From NCBI GenBank assembly GCA_902595195.1, contig CACJPC010000002.1, forward strand, positions 42,270 to 106,269: a stretch of DNA of 64,000 bases, given 5' to 3'. The notes under the pieces are model-generated. The model saw nothing but the letters and a program-made list of their open reading frames with translations. It was not told the DNA's origin and did no database searches. Positions 47,003 to 56,802 of this stretch are shown piece by piece. The DNA is from an uncultured Candidatus Actinomarina sp. Its GTDB lineage: Bacteria > Actinomycetota > Acidimicrobiia > Actinomarinales > Actinomarinaceae. Position numbers and translations under genes: made by a program. Each line of letters starts with the position of its first letter. Position 1 is the first letter of the stretch.

Positions 47003-49602
47003 TTATCAACCATTCCGCATTTTTTATATTTTATACCTGAACCGCAATAGCAAGGATCATTCCTACCAATCTTATCTTTAATTATTTGTGTAGTCTTTAC
47101 ATTATCCTTGTTTTCTTGATTTTGTATGATAAAACTTTTATCAAAATTCATAAGAATTCTGATTACTGAAAATTTAACATTCTCTATTAAATCCTCAAAA
47201 AGTGTATATCCCTCATTTTGATACTCAACAAGCGGATCTCTTTGACCCATTGCCCTTAGTCCAATTCCAGATCTTAAATAATCCATTTCGGCTAAATGAT
47301 CCTTCCAAGATTGGTCAACAAATGACAAAGATGAACCTCTTGCTAATTTCCAAAATGTATCAGAGTCTTGTGATTCATTATTATTAAAAAGATTCTCCAG
47401 CTCATGATCAATTTGCAATTGATCATTGATTTCGATATTTCTTACAAATTCTTTTTTAACTCCATCACTTAATAAATTACTTAGTTCATCAGAAATTAAT
47501 TGGTTAAAATGCTCTAAGTTTTCATAATTTTTTTTATGTAGTTCAATATTATTTGAAATTGTGCTGACAACATCATCAAACCATTCCAAAATTAAATTTT
47601 CAATACTATCTGACCTAAGAAGTTGTCTTCTCCATTTGTAAATAACTTCTCTTTGTTGATTTAGAACTTGATCGAATTTAAGTACATTTTTTCTGATTTC
47701 GAAATTGAGTGATTCAACCTGCGCTTGCGCTCTTTCTATACTCTTAGTGACCATTGATTGTTCTATTCGTTCTTCATCTGGAAGATTCAGTTTATTCATT
47801 ATTGATTCAATTCTTTCACCTTGAAATCTTCTCATTAAATCATCTTGAAGTGAAATATAGAATCTTGACTCTCCAGGGTCACCTTGCCTACCAGATCTTC
47901 CTCTTAGCTGATTATCAATTCTTCTTGAGTCGTGCCTCTCTGTACCTAAAACATATAATCCACCAAGTTCTAAAACTTTATTTTTTTCTTCAGCTACTTG
48001 TAACTCCAACTCATTAATCTTTAAATCTAAATACATTGGATCGTCTAATTTATTTTCATTTATTTGGTGCTGAACTGCCATATCCTCAGGATTTCCTCCT
48101 AGTTTTATGTCTACACCTCTACCAGCCATGTTTGTCGCAACTGTAACCGCACCCAATCTTCCCGCCTGTGCAATAATTTGCGCTTCCTGTTCATGATTTT
48201 TTGCATTTAAAACATTGTGTACAATACCTTTACTAGTTAATTGTTTAGATACTTCTTCTGAAGCTTCAACAGATACAGTTCCCAATAAGATTGGTTGTCC
48301 TTTTTTGTTTCTGTCAATAATATCTTCAATAACTGCGTTCAGTTTTGCTTCATTCGTTTTATATACAGCATCCTGTTGATCCATTCTTTGTATCGGTAGG
48401 TTGGTAGGAATTTCGACAACCTCAAGATTGTATATTTGAATAAACTCTTCTTCTTCAGTTTTTGCAGTACCAGTCATTCCTGCCAAATTTTCATACATTC
48501 TGAAATAGTTTTGATAAGTTATTGATGCTAGTGTTTGATTTTCATCTTGAATTTTTACATTTTCTTTAGCTTCTAATGCTTGATGTAATCCGTCTGAATA
48601 CCTCCGTCCTTCAAGTACTCTTCCAGTAAATTCATCAACAATATTGATTTGGCCATTTGAGACAATATAATCTACATCTTTAGCAAATATTGTTTTAGCT
48701 CTCAGACATGCTGTTAAATAATGAATAAAGTTTGTTTGAGAGTTTTCGTATAAATTTGAGATACCTAGTTTTGACTCTACATACTCAATGCCTAATTCCG
48801 TGGGATGGACTTGTTTTTTAGCTTCATCAATATCATAGTGAACATCTCTTTTCATTCCTTTTACAATCTTGGTGAACTCTGTGTACCATTTTGTTGAATC
48901 ACTTACCTTGCCAGAGATAATTAAAGGGGTTCTTGCTTCGTCAACTAGTATCGAATCTACCTCGTCAATAACACTGTAAAACAAATCACCTTGAACAAGT
49001 TGTTCACTTGAAATTGCCATGTTGTCTCTGAGATAATCAAAACCAAATTCATTGTTGGTACCATATGTAATGTCTTTTTTGTATGCTTCAATCTTTTCTT
49101 CATAGTCTTGATTTGAATAAATCAGACCTACTTCAAGACCTAAAAAATTATATATTGGGCTCATCCACTCTGCGTCCCTTTTTGCGAGGTAATCATTAAC
49201 TGTTACAACATGAACGCCTTTTTTATATAAAGCCATTAAAGAGATCGGCAGGGTTGAAACAAGAGTTTTACCTTCACCAGTTTTCATCTCAGATATTTTA
49301 TTTCTAAGAAGAACCAGTCCTCCAAATAGTTGAACATCATAATGTCTTTGATTTAGTGTTCTTTTTGCAGCCTCTCTTATATATGCAAATGCTTCTACCT
49401 CAATATCTGATGGTGAGTCAATAATTTTTTCTGAAAGATTCTGAAAATTAGTTTTTATTTCTTCATCGGATAATTTTTCAAAAGATTGTTCTTTTTTATT
49501 TATCTCTTCAACAATCCCATTTAGCTCAGAAGTTAACTTCCCACTACCAACTGAAAGTGCTTTTTTAAATAAATTCAAATTTAGCTGGTGCCATGCTCCC
49601 AA
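46984..49602 (-). CDS. secA: Preprotein translocase ATPase SecA
   Basis: 872 aa. DEAD-like motor with Walker A MKTGEGKT. C-terminal zinc-binding CYCGSGIKYKKCG. Confidence 0.95.
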   Translation of the reverse strand: MGAWHQLNLNLFKKALSVGSGKLTSELNGIVEEINKKEQSFEKLSDEEIKTNFQNLSEKIIDSPSDIEVEAFAYIREAAKRTLNQRHYDVQLFGGLVLLRNKISEMKTGEGKTLVSTLPISLMALYKKGVHVVTVNDYLAKRDAEWMSPIYNFLGLEVGLIYSNQDYEEKIEAYKKDITYGTNNEFGFDYLRDNMAISSEQLVQGDLFYSVIDEVDSILVDEARTPLIISGKVSDSTKWYTEFTKIVKGMKRDVHYDIDEAKKQVHPTELGIEYVESKLGISNLYENSQTNFIHYLTACLRAKTIFAKDVDYIVSNGQINIVDEFTGRVLEGRRYSDGLHQALEAKENVKIQDENQTLASITYQNYFRMYENLAGMTGTAKTEEEEFIQIYNLEVVEIPTNLPIQRMDQQDAVYKTNEAKLNAVIEDIIDRNKKGQPILLGTVSVEASEEVSKQLTSKGIVHNVLNAKNHEQEAQIIAQAGRLGAVTVATNMAGRGVDIKLGGNPEDMAVQHQINENKLDDPMYLDLKINELELQVAEEKNKVLELGGLYVLGTERHDSRRIDNQLRGRSGRQGDPGESRFYISLQDDLMRRFQGERIESIMNKLNLPDEERIEQSMVTKSIERAQAQVESLNFEIRKNVLKFDQVLNQQREVIYKWRRQLLRSDSIENLILEWFDDVVSTISNNIELHKKNYENLEHFNQLISDELSNLLSDGVKKEFVRNIEINDQLQIDHELENLFNNNESQDSDTFWKLARGSSLSFVDQSWKDHLAEMDYLRSGIGLRAMGQRDPLVEYQNEGYTLFEDLIENVKFSVIRILMNFDKSFIIQNQENKDNVKTTQIIKDKIGRNDPCYCGSGIKYKKCGMVDKCIKKS

Positions 49603-50825
49603 GAGTCGAGATATTCAATTTGCTCTTTTGTGAGTATTTCTAACTCTCCACCCATGAGTCCTAACTTAGTTGCAGCAATTTTTAAATCAACTTCACTTGG
49701 AAGGGTGTACACTTTTGCTTCCAATGTTTTATGGTTTTCTTTAATCCACTCAGCAGCTAAAGCTTGATTTGCAAAGGACATGTCCATAACCGATGCTGGA
49801 TGCCCAGTAGCAGCGGCTAAATTTACGAGTCTTCCTTCAGCAAGTACCAATATTTCTTTTCCATCATATTTATAACTTTCAACATGTTCTCTAACTCTAT
49901 TAACCTCTGAACTATCCTCTTTTAGTCTTTCTAAATTTATTTCTACATCAAAATGTCCTGCATTGGCCAAAACAACACCATCTTTCATTACATCAAAATG
50001 TTGCTTGTCAAGTGCGTGCATATTTCCAGTTACTGACACAACAACATCAGCAATTTTTGCAGCATTAATACTATTTTTAACCTCATATCCATGCATTAAA
50101 GCTTCTAGTGCGCGTACCGAGTTTGGTTCAACAACAGTAACTTTTGCACCCATTCCGTAGGCTCTCTCTGCAACTCCTTTTCCGCAATCACCAAAACCAA
50201 CCACAACTACATTTAATCCAGCAATTAAAAGATCTGTAGCTCTAACAACACCGTCCATTGCACTTTGTCCCGTACCAAATCTGTTATCAAATAAATGCTT
50301 TGTGTCAGAGTCATTTACAGCCACAACTGGGAATCGAAGTTTATTATTCTTTTCCATAGACTTTAGCCTTATTACTCCAGTCGTAGTTTCTTCCATTGAA
50401 CCCATTATTGGAATATCAGATCGATCTGTAAGTAATAAAGTGACTAAATCTGCCCCATCATCCATTGTAATATCTGGTTTTGTATCCAAAACAGAGTTGA
50501 GGTGTTTAAAGAATTCATCATTAGATACTCCATGTACAGCATGAACCTCTACATCATTTTCGGCAAGATAAGCTGCAACTGAGTCTTTTGTAGATAATGG
50601 ATTTGATGCACATAAAGCTACATTTGCACCAGCTTCTTTTAAAGTAAGCATTAAGTTTGCAGTTTCTTTTGTTACATGCATGCAAGCACCAATACTTAAG
50701 CCGTTTAGAGGTTTAGTAGATGAAAATTCATTTTTTATTTCCTCTAGAACTTGCATCTGTCTGCTAGCCCAACTTACTTCTTCATGTCCTATGTTTGCTA
50801 ATTTTGAATCTTTTATTGTTGACAT
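49581..50825 (-). CDS. ahcY: Adenosylhomocysteinase (short bacterial form)
   Basis: NAD-binding VVVVGFGDCGKGVA and catalytic-domain motifs (GCMHVTKETA). 414 aa. Confidence 0.9.
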   Translation of the reverse strand: MSTIKDSKLANIGHEEVSWASRQMQVLEEIKNEFSSTKPLNGLSIGACMHVTKETANLMLTLKEAGANVALCASNPLSTKDSVAAYLAENDVEVHAVHGVSNDEFFKHLNSVLDTKPDITMDDGADLVTLLLTDRSDIPIMGSMEETTTGVIRLKSMEKNNKLRFPVVAVNDSDTKHLFDNRFGTGQSAMDGVVRATDLLIAGLNVVVVGFGDCGKGVAERAYGMGAKVTVVEPNSVRALEALMHGYEVKNSINAAKIADVVVSVTGNMHALDKQHFDVMKDGVVLANAGHFDVEINLERLKEDSSEVNRVREHVESYKYDGKEILVLAEGRLVNLAAATGHPASVMDMSFANQALAAEWIKENHKTLEAKVYTLPSEVDLKIAATKLGLMGGELEILTKEQIEYLDSWEHGTS

Positions 50826-50828
50826 TAC

Positions 50829-51818
50829 CTATCCTTTTAATTTTTTCTTTAAATTTTCAATAGCGTCAATGTTAAATGGATCAATATTTAATTGATCTGC
50901 TAAGTTAACACTTACTAAATCACCTATTAAGACTAAATGAAACAAATTTATAATTAAATTGTCAGATGAAATATTCCTAACATCAATTGTGTCTACTTTT
51001 GAGCCTATAAGTTCCTTTGTAAACTCGAATCTATTATCTATCTTTTTATAGTCATCTCCTCTAAGAAGGATTAAAATAAAATTATTTTTTGAACCCTCTT
51101 GGTCTGCTTCCCATGAAAGTATTTCATTATGGTGTACTTCGGGCATGAAACCAACATAAGCTTTAGATTTAGAATTCTCATTTATTTGAGTTTTCCATCT
51201 TTGAGCAACCAAATAGGTTAAATCTGAACCAGCGTAAATTACAGCAGTTTTCGTTCCTATTTGATTAGCAATATTCTTAGAAATTTCAAAAACTTCATTT
51301 GAAGCGTCTTCCTTTAAATTATTTAAATAACTTCCAGCTTCCTCACATGCATTAATAAAAATCTCTTTAGTTGGATTTGGTAAATAATTAACAACTGCTT
51401 TGGTCATAAGACCAAATGCAGCCCTAGGCTGAAGCCCCTCTGGAACTTTGACAAACTTTTTATTATGTTTAGTTGCTAAATCTAGAAGTTCTCCACCACT
51501 AGAGATTGCTGCCCATTCCAAATTTTCATCTATTGCATCTTTAGCAACACTTATTGTTTCTTCTGTATTTCCAGAATACGAAATGAATAAACAAAAAGGT
51601 CTGGCTGCAATTTGGTTTTTTGTTAAATTATATGTTTTCCTAACTTCTGCATCTATATTGGTATGCTGATTTAATATAAGTTTAAGAACATCACCTGCTA
51701 CCCCAGAACCACCCATCCCTACAATAAGAATTCTCTCGTAATCAACTGATGCAAATCCCTCTGAAGTTTCTAAATCAGTTCTTAACTGATTACCTAAATT
51801 TAAAACGTGTTCTAACAT
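50829..51818 (-). CDS. SIS-domain bifunctional phosphoglucose/phosphomannose isomerase-like protein
   Basis: Tandem SIS domains (GMGGSGVAGDVL). Syntenic with the mycobacterial SIS gene between manA and pmmA. Confidence 0.7.
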   Translation of the reverse strand: MLEHVLNLGNQLRTDLETSEGFASVDYERILIVGMGGSGVAGDVLKLILNQHTNIDAEVRKTYNLTKNQIAARPFCLFISYSGNTEETISVAKDAIDENLEWAAISSGGELLDLATKHNKKFVKVPEGLQPRAAFGLMTKAVVNYLPNPTKEIFINACEEAGSYLNNLKEDASNEVFEISKNIANQIGTKTAVIYAGSDLTYLVAQRWKTQINENSKSKAYVGFMPEVHHNEILSWEADQEGSKNNFILILLRGDDYKKIDNRFEFTKELIGSKVDTIDVRNISSDNLIINLFHLVLIGDLVSVNLADQLNIDPFNIDAIENLKKKLKG

Positions 51819-51824
51819 TTACAA

Positions 51825-53159
51825 CTAAATACTACTCGAAATTTTTTCTAAAACTTGGTCAAGAATTTCTTGTGTATCAGCTTCAACATTAATTCTTAAC
51901 TTATTTTCAGTATTTGAACCCCTGACATTAAACCAAAAGTTTCTGTGCAGACAACTAAGTCCGTCAGTTTGATCAAACTCCCCTTCAAAAATGCTTTCAA
52001 TTTTGCTGATTGACTCATTAATATCTTCAACAGAAAAATTTATTTCACCAGAACTAGGTGGAAAGTTATATTTATCAATTATTGAACTGAGTTTCTCTTT
52101 ATTACTGGAAAGCAATTTCATAAATATTAAAAGTGTCAGAATTGCAGAATCAGCATAAAAGTTATCTCTGTAATAAAAATGTGCGCTATGTTCTCCCCCA
52201 AAATCAGCATCTACATCCCGCATCATTTTTTTTATATTGGAATGACCAACTTTACATTTATATAATTCAATATTATTGTTTTTCATCATTTTTAAAGCAT
52301 GAGGAGAGACGTTTACATTGTGGACTACTCTAAATTCATTTTTTTGTGAAGACAAAAATTCTGATATTAAGACTGTCATCATACTCCCCGAAATAACTCT
52401 CCCAAGATTATCTATAAATACACCTCTATCAGCGTCCCCATCAAATGCTATTCCAAAATCTAGATCGTTATCTATTACTAGATTTTTTAAATCAGTTAAG
52501 TTTGATTCGTCTGATGGGTCAGCAGGATGATTAGGGAAATTACCATCAACTTCTAAATATATAGACTTCACATTGAATTTGTATATATTATTTAAAGTAT
52601 CAAATACCGCACCAAATACACCGTTTCCTCCATCAATACCAAAATTTAATTTTTGTGAAATACTCTCTGGAGATACTAAATTTTTGAGATGTTCATAATA
52701 TTCATTACCTAAGTGTTTGTCGTTAATTTTAAATTTCTCAATACGTATCTCTACATTTCTATCGGCTAATTTTTTGATATCCATTAGGCCAGAGTTTTCA
52801 CCTATTGGTATTGCGCCAGCATTACAGAGTTTTAAGCCATTATAATTTTTTGGATTGTGCGAAGCAGTAATTATTGCCCCTGGTTTTTTAAGTAAGCCGG
52901 ATAGTGAATAGACAGTGTCTGTTGGGACCAATCCAACATAAATAATTTCCTTATTAGCGGATTTAATTCCAGAAGTAAAGGCATCAAGCATTTCAATATT
53001 TGAAACTCTCCCGTCATGGCCAACAATAATAGTGTCATCTGGAACAAATTCTGCAAAAGCTTTGCCAATTTTGTATGCTATATCTTGGTTTATGCTGTCA
53101 CCGTAAACGCCTCTAATATCATAAGATTTAAAAATTAAATCTAGTTTATTTTTTGTCAT
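51825..53159 (-). CDS. Phosphomannomutase/phosphoglucomutase
   Basis: Active-site serine loop ITASHNPKNYNGLK. Mg-binding GFAFDGDADR-like motif GIAFDGDADRG. Confidence 0.85.
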   Translation of the reverse strand: MTKNKLDLIFKSYDIRGVYGDSINQDIAYKIGKAFAEFVPDDTIIVGHDGRVSNIEMLDAFTSGIKSANKEIIYVGLVPTDTVYSLSGLLKKPGAIITASHNPKNYNGLKLCNAGAIPIGENSGLMDIKKLADRNVEIRIEKFKINDKHLGNEYYEHLKNLVSPESISQKLNFGIDGGNGVFGAVFDTLNNIYKFNVKSIYLEVDGNFPNHPADPSDESNLTDLKNLVIDNDLDFGIAFDGDADRGVFIDNLGRVISGSMMTVLISEFLSSQKNEFRVVHNVNVSPHALKMMKNNNIELYKCKVGHSNIKKMMRDVDADFGGEHSAHFYYRDNFYADSAILTLLIFMKLLSSNKEKLSSIIDKYNFPPSSGEINFSVEDINESISKIESIFEGEFDQTDGLSCLHRNFWFNVRGSNTENKLRINVEADTQEILDQVLEKISSSI

Positions 53160-53180
53160 TACTCAATTATTGTACTGTTC

Positions 53181-53915
53181 ATGGATTCAAACTCTAGTTT
53201 TAATAACTTTTCAATTGTGATTCCTATTTATAATGAGGAAGAAATTCTTGCAGAATCTATAAATAATATTCTCTCTATTTGTGAAAGAACATCTGTTGAA
53301 TATGAAATCATAATCTCAGAAAATGGGTCTACTGACAATACAAAAAATCTCGCTAGAGATTTTGAACAAAATAATTCCAAAATAGTTTTAATTGAAAGCG
53401 ATCATCCAAATTATGGTGAAGCACTTAAAAGAGGATTTTTGAATTGCAAAAATGAAATAATAATTTCATTTGATATTGACTATTATTCTGAAAGTTTTTT
53501 AAAAGAGTGTTTATTGCTTGAGGATAAATATGCAGGTTTAATTGCTTCAAAAAGATTGAGCAATTCTGAAGATGGAAGAAGACTAATACGAAAATTGGCA
53601 ACTAATTTCTTTGTTTATATTTTAAAAATTTTATTTAAAACTAAATTATCTGACACACACGGAATGAAAGCAGTCAGGAAAAGTTTTGTAAATAATCATA
53701 TTAATTTAGTAATTTCTACACAAGATTTATTTGATACAGAGCTACTACTTAGAATTGAAAAAACTGGAAATGAATTTAAGGAAGTTCCCGCCAAAATTAA
53801 CGAAATAAGACCAAGTGTTTCAGTTATATATAAAAGAATTCCAAGAACTTTAAAGAGCTTATTTAAGCTAAAAATTGCGTTTTATAAAGAGTCTTTAAAA
53901 ACAAAAAATTTATAA
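53181..53915 (+). CDS. GT2-family glycosyltransferase, polyprenyl-phosphate sugar synthase-like (GtrB/Ppm1-like)
   Basis: FSIVIPIYNEEE...ENGSTDNT and DxD-type FDIDY motifs. 244 aa soluble GT-A domain. Confidence 0.75.
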   Translation: MDSNSSFNNFSIVIPIYNEEEILAESINNILSICERTSVEYEIIISENGSTDNTKNLARDFEQNNSKIVLIESDHPNYGEALKRGFLNCKNEIIISFDIDYYSESFLKECLLLEDKYAGLIASKRLSNSEDGRRLIRKLATNFFVYILKILFKTKLSDTHGMKAVRKSFVNNHINLVISTQDLFDTELLLRIEKTGNEFKEVPAKINEIRPSVSVIYKRIPRTLKSLFKLKIAFYKESLKTKNL

Positions 53916-54343
53916 ATTAAATACTTGATTGGAAGTATTGATCCATGAATTAAAACTGTAATTACCAAATAATACAACTCGTTTTTTTGAAATTCAGGAT
54001 TCCATAAATTAATTAAAAACCAAACAAGAATTGGGATTCCTAAATTAAGTAAGCTAACAGAAATATATTTTATGAATTCCCTCCATGAGCCATCACGATA
54101 TGAAAGTTGAAAAATAATTTTTCTTGATAAAAAATAAGAAACTACAACACCAATTGCAAATGAAAATGTATTAGTTAAATAAGTTCTAAGAGGAAAACTA
54201 ATCATAGTTAAAATAAAAAATTGAAAAATATAATTCAAGAAAAGACCAAATATTAAATTAAATGCTCCAACAATATATGTTCTAAATAATTCAGCAAATG
54301 AGCTGTCACTTTTTGTGAGTTTATTAATGAGATTATTCAGCAT
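53882..54343 (-). CDS. GtrA-family small membrane protein (putative polyprenyl-P-sugar flippase component)
   Basis: 153 aa, 4 TM helices. GtrA-like N-terminal pattern (FRTYIVGAFNLIFGLFLNYIFQF). Confidence 0.65.
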   Translation of the reverse strand: MLNNLINKLTKSDSSFAELFRTYIVGAFNLIFGLFLNYIFQFFILTMISFPLRTYLTNTFSFAIGVVVSYFLSRKIIFQLSYRDGSWREFIKYISVSLLNLGIPILVWFLINLWNPEFQKNELYYLVITVLIHGSILPIKYLIYKFFVFKDSL

Positions 54344-56519
54344 ATTTTTTAATTCTAAATACTAAAAGATATGCTGTAAGTAAAAAAATAATTAACGAAA
54401 TAATATTTAAGGATTTTTCTAAAGATGTATTTTCGAATGTTATGCTGACTTCGTTAGAATAAGGTATAACTCCCATAAATGATGGTGACAATCTATATGG
54501 GCCAGAACCATTTTCAATTTTCCAATTTGGAAAATATGATACTTTGACAATGTGAAGTTCATTAGGGTGTTCTGTTTCAAAAGTTATTTTGTTGTTTGAA
54601 ATTCTGACATGATTAATCTCACTTTTTTTGTTGGAAAGTCTGTTTTGAATCTGAGATTCTTCAGCATCTATTCCTTCAATAATTCTTTTTTTATTATCTA
54701 ACTTGAATTCTTTCATTGCAAGACTGAAAAAACTATCAGTTTTTTCTTGTCTAAATATCGAATTAGAAATTCTTTCAAATAATTCTGGCTGACTAAAGTT
54801 TACTAATTCAGCATCAACAACTTGAACTTTGTCAGAGTAGATTTTAAAAACTGTAAATGGAGAGCTTTGGAATAAATTCTCTAACTCGTCTGACATTATT
54901 GCTTTGTCAGTAATCGAATCTGTATAAGAAATAAAATAATCAACTCCTAACTCTTTCATGTATCTTACTCCTCTATCAAAATCACCATTTATATAACTTA
55001 GTCCTCCTACTGGGTTAGATGGACTTTCTGCAACACCAGATACAGTCACAAAGTGAAAAGGAGTAGTTATGCTCGAATCAAAATAAAGACCTTCAATACT
55101 TTCATGATTTGTAAACATAGGAATTGTCATTAAAACCATAGGTGTACCATACTTGTTTAAATCTGAATTTGGCTCCCACATTATTCTTCCAGGTTCAAGT
55201 TGATTCAATCCAGAGTATAAATTAGTTATATCGCTCCAGTCATCTTTTTGATCATACCCCGTAAAATTCCAATTCAACCAATGTGGTAAGAAATTGACTG
55301 AAGACAGAACTAATGCAATTAGCGTTATTCCTAATCCATATTTAGGTTTATAAATAGTAATTATGAAAGAAAGCAAAATTATAAAAGCAATGAAATAAAC
55401 TGTAATTGCATACCTTTCTTGCCATTTTTGAACATAATTAAAAATAAAGAATGACGAACAGATTAGATAAAACAATATAATCAAATATTTTTGCTTTATT
55501 CTTTCAATCAACAAGTCCATTTTCTCTTCAAAGATTTTGAAAAATAAGATAATTAGACCCAAATTTAAAAAAGGTACTAATCTTCCATTCCATAAAGCAC
55601 CCTCTGGTCCATAAAAAAATAACAATGTTGATACAAAAATTAAGTACATTTCGGTTGATAGAAATATATTTTTCAAATTTCTTCCTGCTGTGAAAATTCC
55701 ATAAGAAAATATCGCAATTGCAAAAGGAAGGATATCAGGCTTTATTAAATCTTTGATTCTTGTGTAAGGAGAGTATGTCATATTTGTTGTAAATTCTAGA
55801 TTTAGAAACAAAGTGATAGAAAAGCGCAAAGTTAGAAACAAAAAAATCAATAACCCAATTAATTTTTCAAGATTTATAGATTTTGAAGACAAAAAATAAA
55901 TTAAAAATATTGGTGCATAGATCATAAATGGAATTATGTGAGAAAGCAAAGATAATCCCAACAATACTGAACCTTTGATGGCTGAATGCTTTATCAAGTT
56001 ATTACGTATGTAGTAAATGGATAAATTTGCAAATGCTAAAGAATATGTGAATGAATACTGGCCTGCAAGAGAGGATGCTAGATTACCCCCAAAAATAGTA
56101 AAAGACTCAGTTAATAAATATAACAATCCTCCAGCAAACCCAATATAAGATAAAGTACCAATTTTAAAGTTTATTAACTTTTCTATGGAAACAACTAGAA
56201 GAACTAAAGCAATTAAAACCATAATTTTAAATGAGACATTAAAGGGAAGAACAATATTTAAAATTGCAACAATCGATGGCGGTAATGGAAAATAGAAATA
56301 ATATGCTGGGTAGCCTGCAAACCAGTCATTTGACCAACCGCTAATTTTAAAATTGTAAAAAAGCTCTTCCACAAAAAATTTAGTTGGTACGATATGAGCA
56401 CCCATATCACCACCTGTTGGGAGTGTATTAAGAAGTATTAAATCAATTCTTAAAAATATTAAGAGTATTGCAAACGGAAATACGGTCGCAATTTTATTTG
56501 ATTGAAAGTTAAACTTCAC
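54333..56519 (-). CDS. Large polytopic membrane protein (about 13+ TM) with a ~230-aa C-terminal extracytoplasmic domain; probable GT-C-type polyprenyl-P-sugar-dependent glycosyltransferase
   Basis: 728 aa. N-terminal conserved-looking GGDMGAHIV...GWSNDWFAGYPAYYFYFPLPP loop followed by many TM helices. Coupled to gtrA (11-nt overlap) and adjacent to the GT2 gene. Confidence 0.5.
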   Translation of the reverse strand: MKFNFQSNKIATVFPFAILLIFLRIDLILLNTLPTGGDMGAHIVPTKFFVEELFYNFKISGWSNDWFAGYPAYYFYFPLPPSIVAILNIVLPFNVSFKIMVLIALVLLVVSIEKLINFKIGTLSYIGFAGGLLYLLTESFTIFGGNLASSLAGQYSFTYSLAFANLSIYYIRNNLIKHSAIKGSVLLGLSLLSHIIPFMIYAPIFLIYFLSSKSINLEKLIGLLIFLFLTLRFSITLFLNLEFTTNMTYSPYTRIKDLIKPDILPFAIAIFSYGIFTAGRNLKNIFLSTEMYLIFVSTLLFFYGPEGALWNGRLVPFLNLGLIILFFKIFEEKMDLLIERIKQKYLIILFYLICSSFFIFNYVQKWQERYAITVYFIAFIILLSFIITIYKPKYGLGITLIALVLSSVNFLPHWLNWNFTGYDQKDDWSDITNLYSGLNQLEPGRIMWEPNSDLNKYGTPMVLMTIPMFTNHESIEGLYFDSSITTPFHFVTVSGVAESPSNPVGGLSYINGDFDRGVRYMKELGVDYFISYTDSITDKAIMSDELENLFQSSPFTVFKIYSDKVQVVDAELVNFSQPELFERISNSIFRQEKTDSFFSLAMKEFKLDNKKRIIEGIDAEESQIQNRLSNKKSEINHVRISNNKITFETEHPNELHIVKVSYFPNWKIENGSGPYRLSPSFMGVIPYSNEVSITFENTSLEKSLNIISLIIFLLTAYLLVFRIKKYAE

Positions 56520-56757
56520 TTAAGGTTTTTCCCAAGTATTTTGTTCTTCTTTTTCCATTTTCTGTCCATTCAGCATACCAATATGGACCGTGTGGACATT
56601 TTTGGCATGATTCTTTACCGCATTTAATGTTTTTTGACCTATATGAGACGTTAATGTCTTTATGAAGATTTAATTTATTATCAACTAGAAGCTTTATTCT
56701 CTTTAAGTCTGTTTCGTTTAGTTCAGCTAAACCTTCTAGAATATCTTTATCTATCAT
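56509..56757 (-). CDS. Small Cys-rich (zinc-ribbon-like) hypothetical protein
   Basis: 82 aa. CGKESCQKCPHGPYWYAEW. Overlaps the downstream membrane-protein gene by 11 nt. Occupies the position of whiB2 in the mycobacterial gene order. Confidence 0.45.
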   Translation of the reverse strand: MIDKDILEGLAELNETDLKRIKLLVDNKLNLHKDINVSYRSKNIKCGKESCQKCPHGPYWYAEWTENGKRRTKYLGKTLSEV

Positions 56758-56802
56758 TATTAAAATGTTAGTTGAAAGGTCAAAAATAATAGGTTCTTAA
56801 AA

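Noticed and set aside
46836-47081. 81-aa plus-strand ORF between prfB and secA
   Set aside because: The region is fully accounted for on the minus strand by prfB ORF0, the frameshift site and the secA 3' end.
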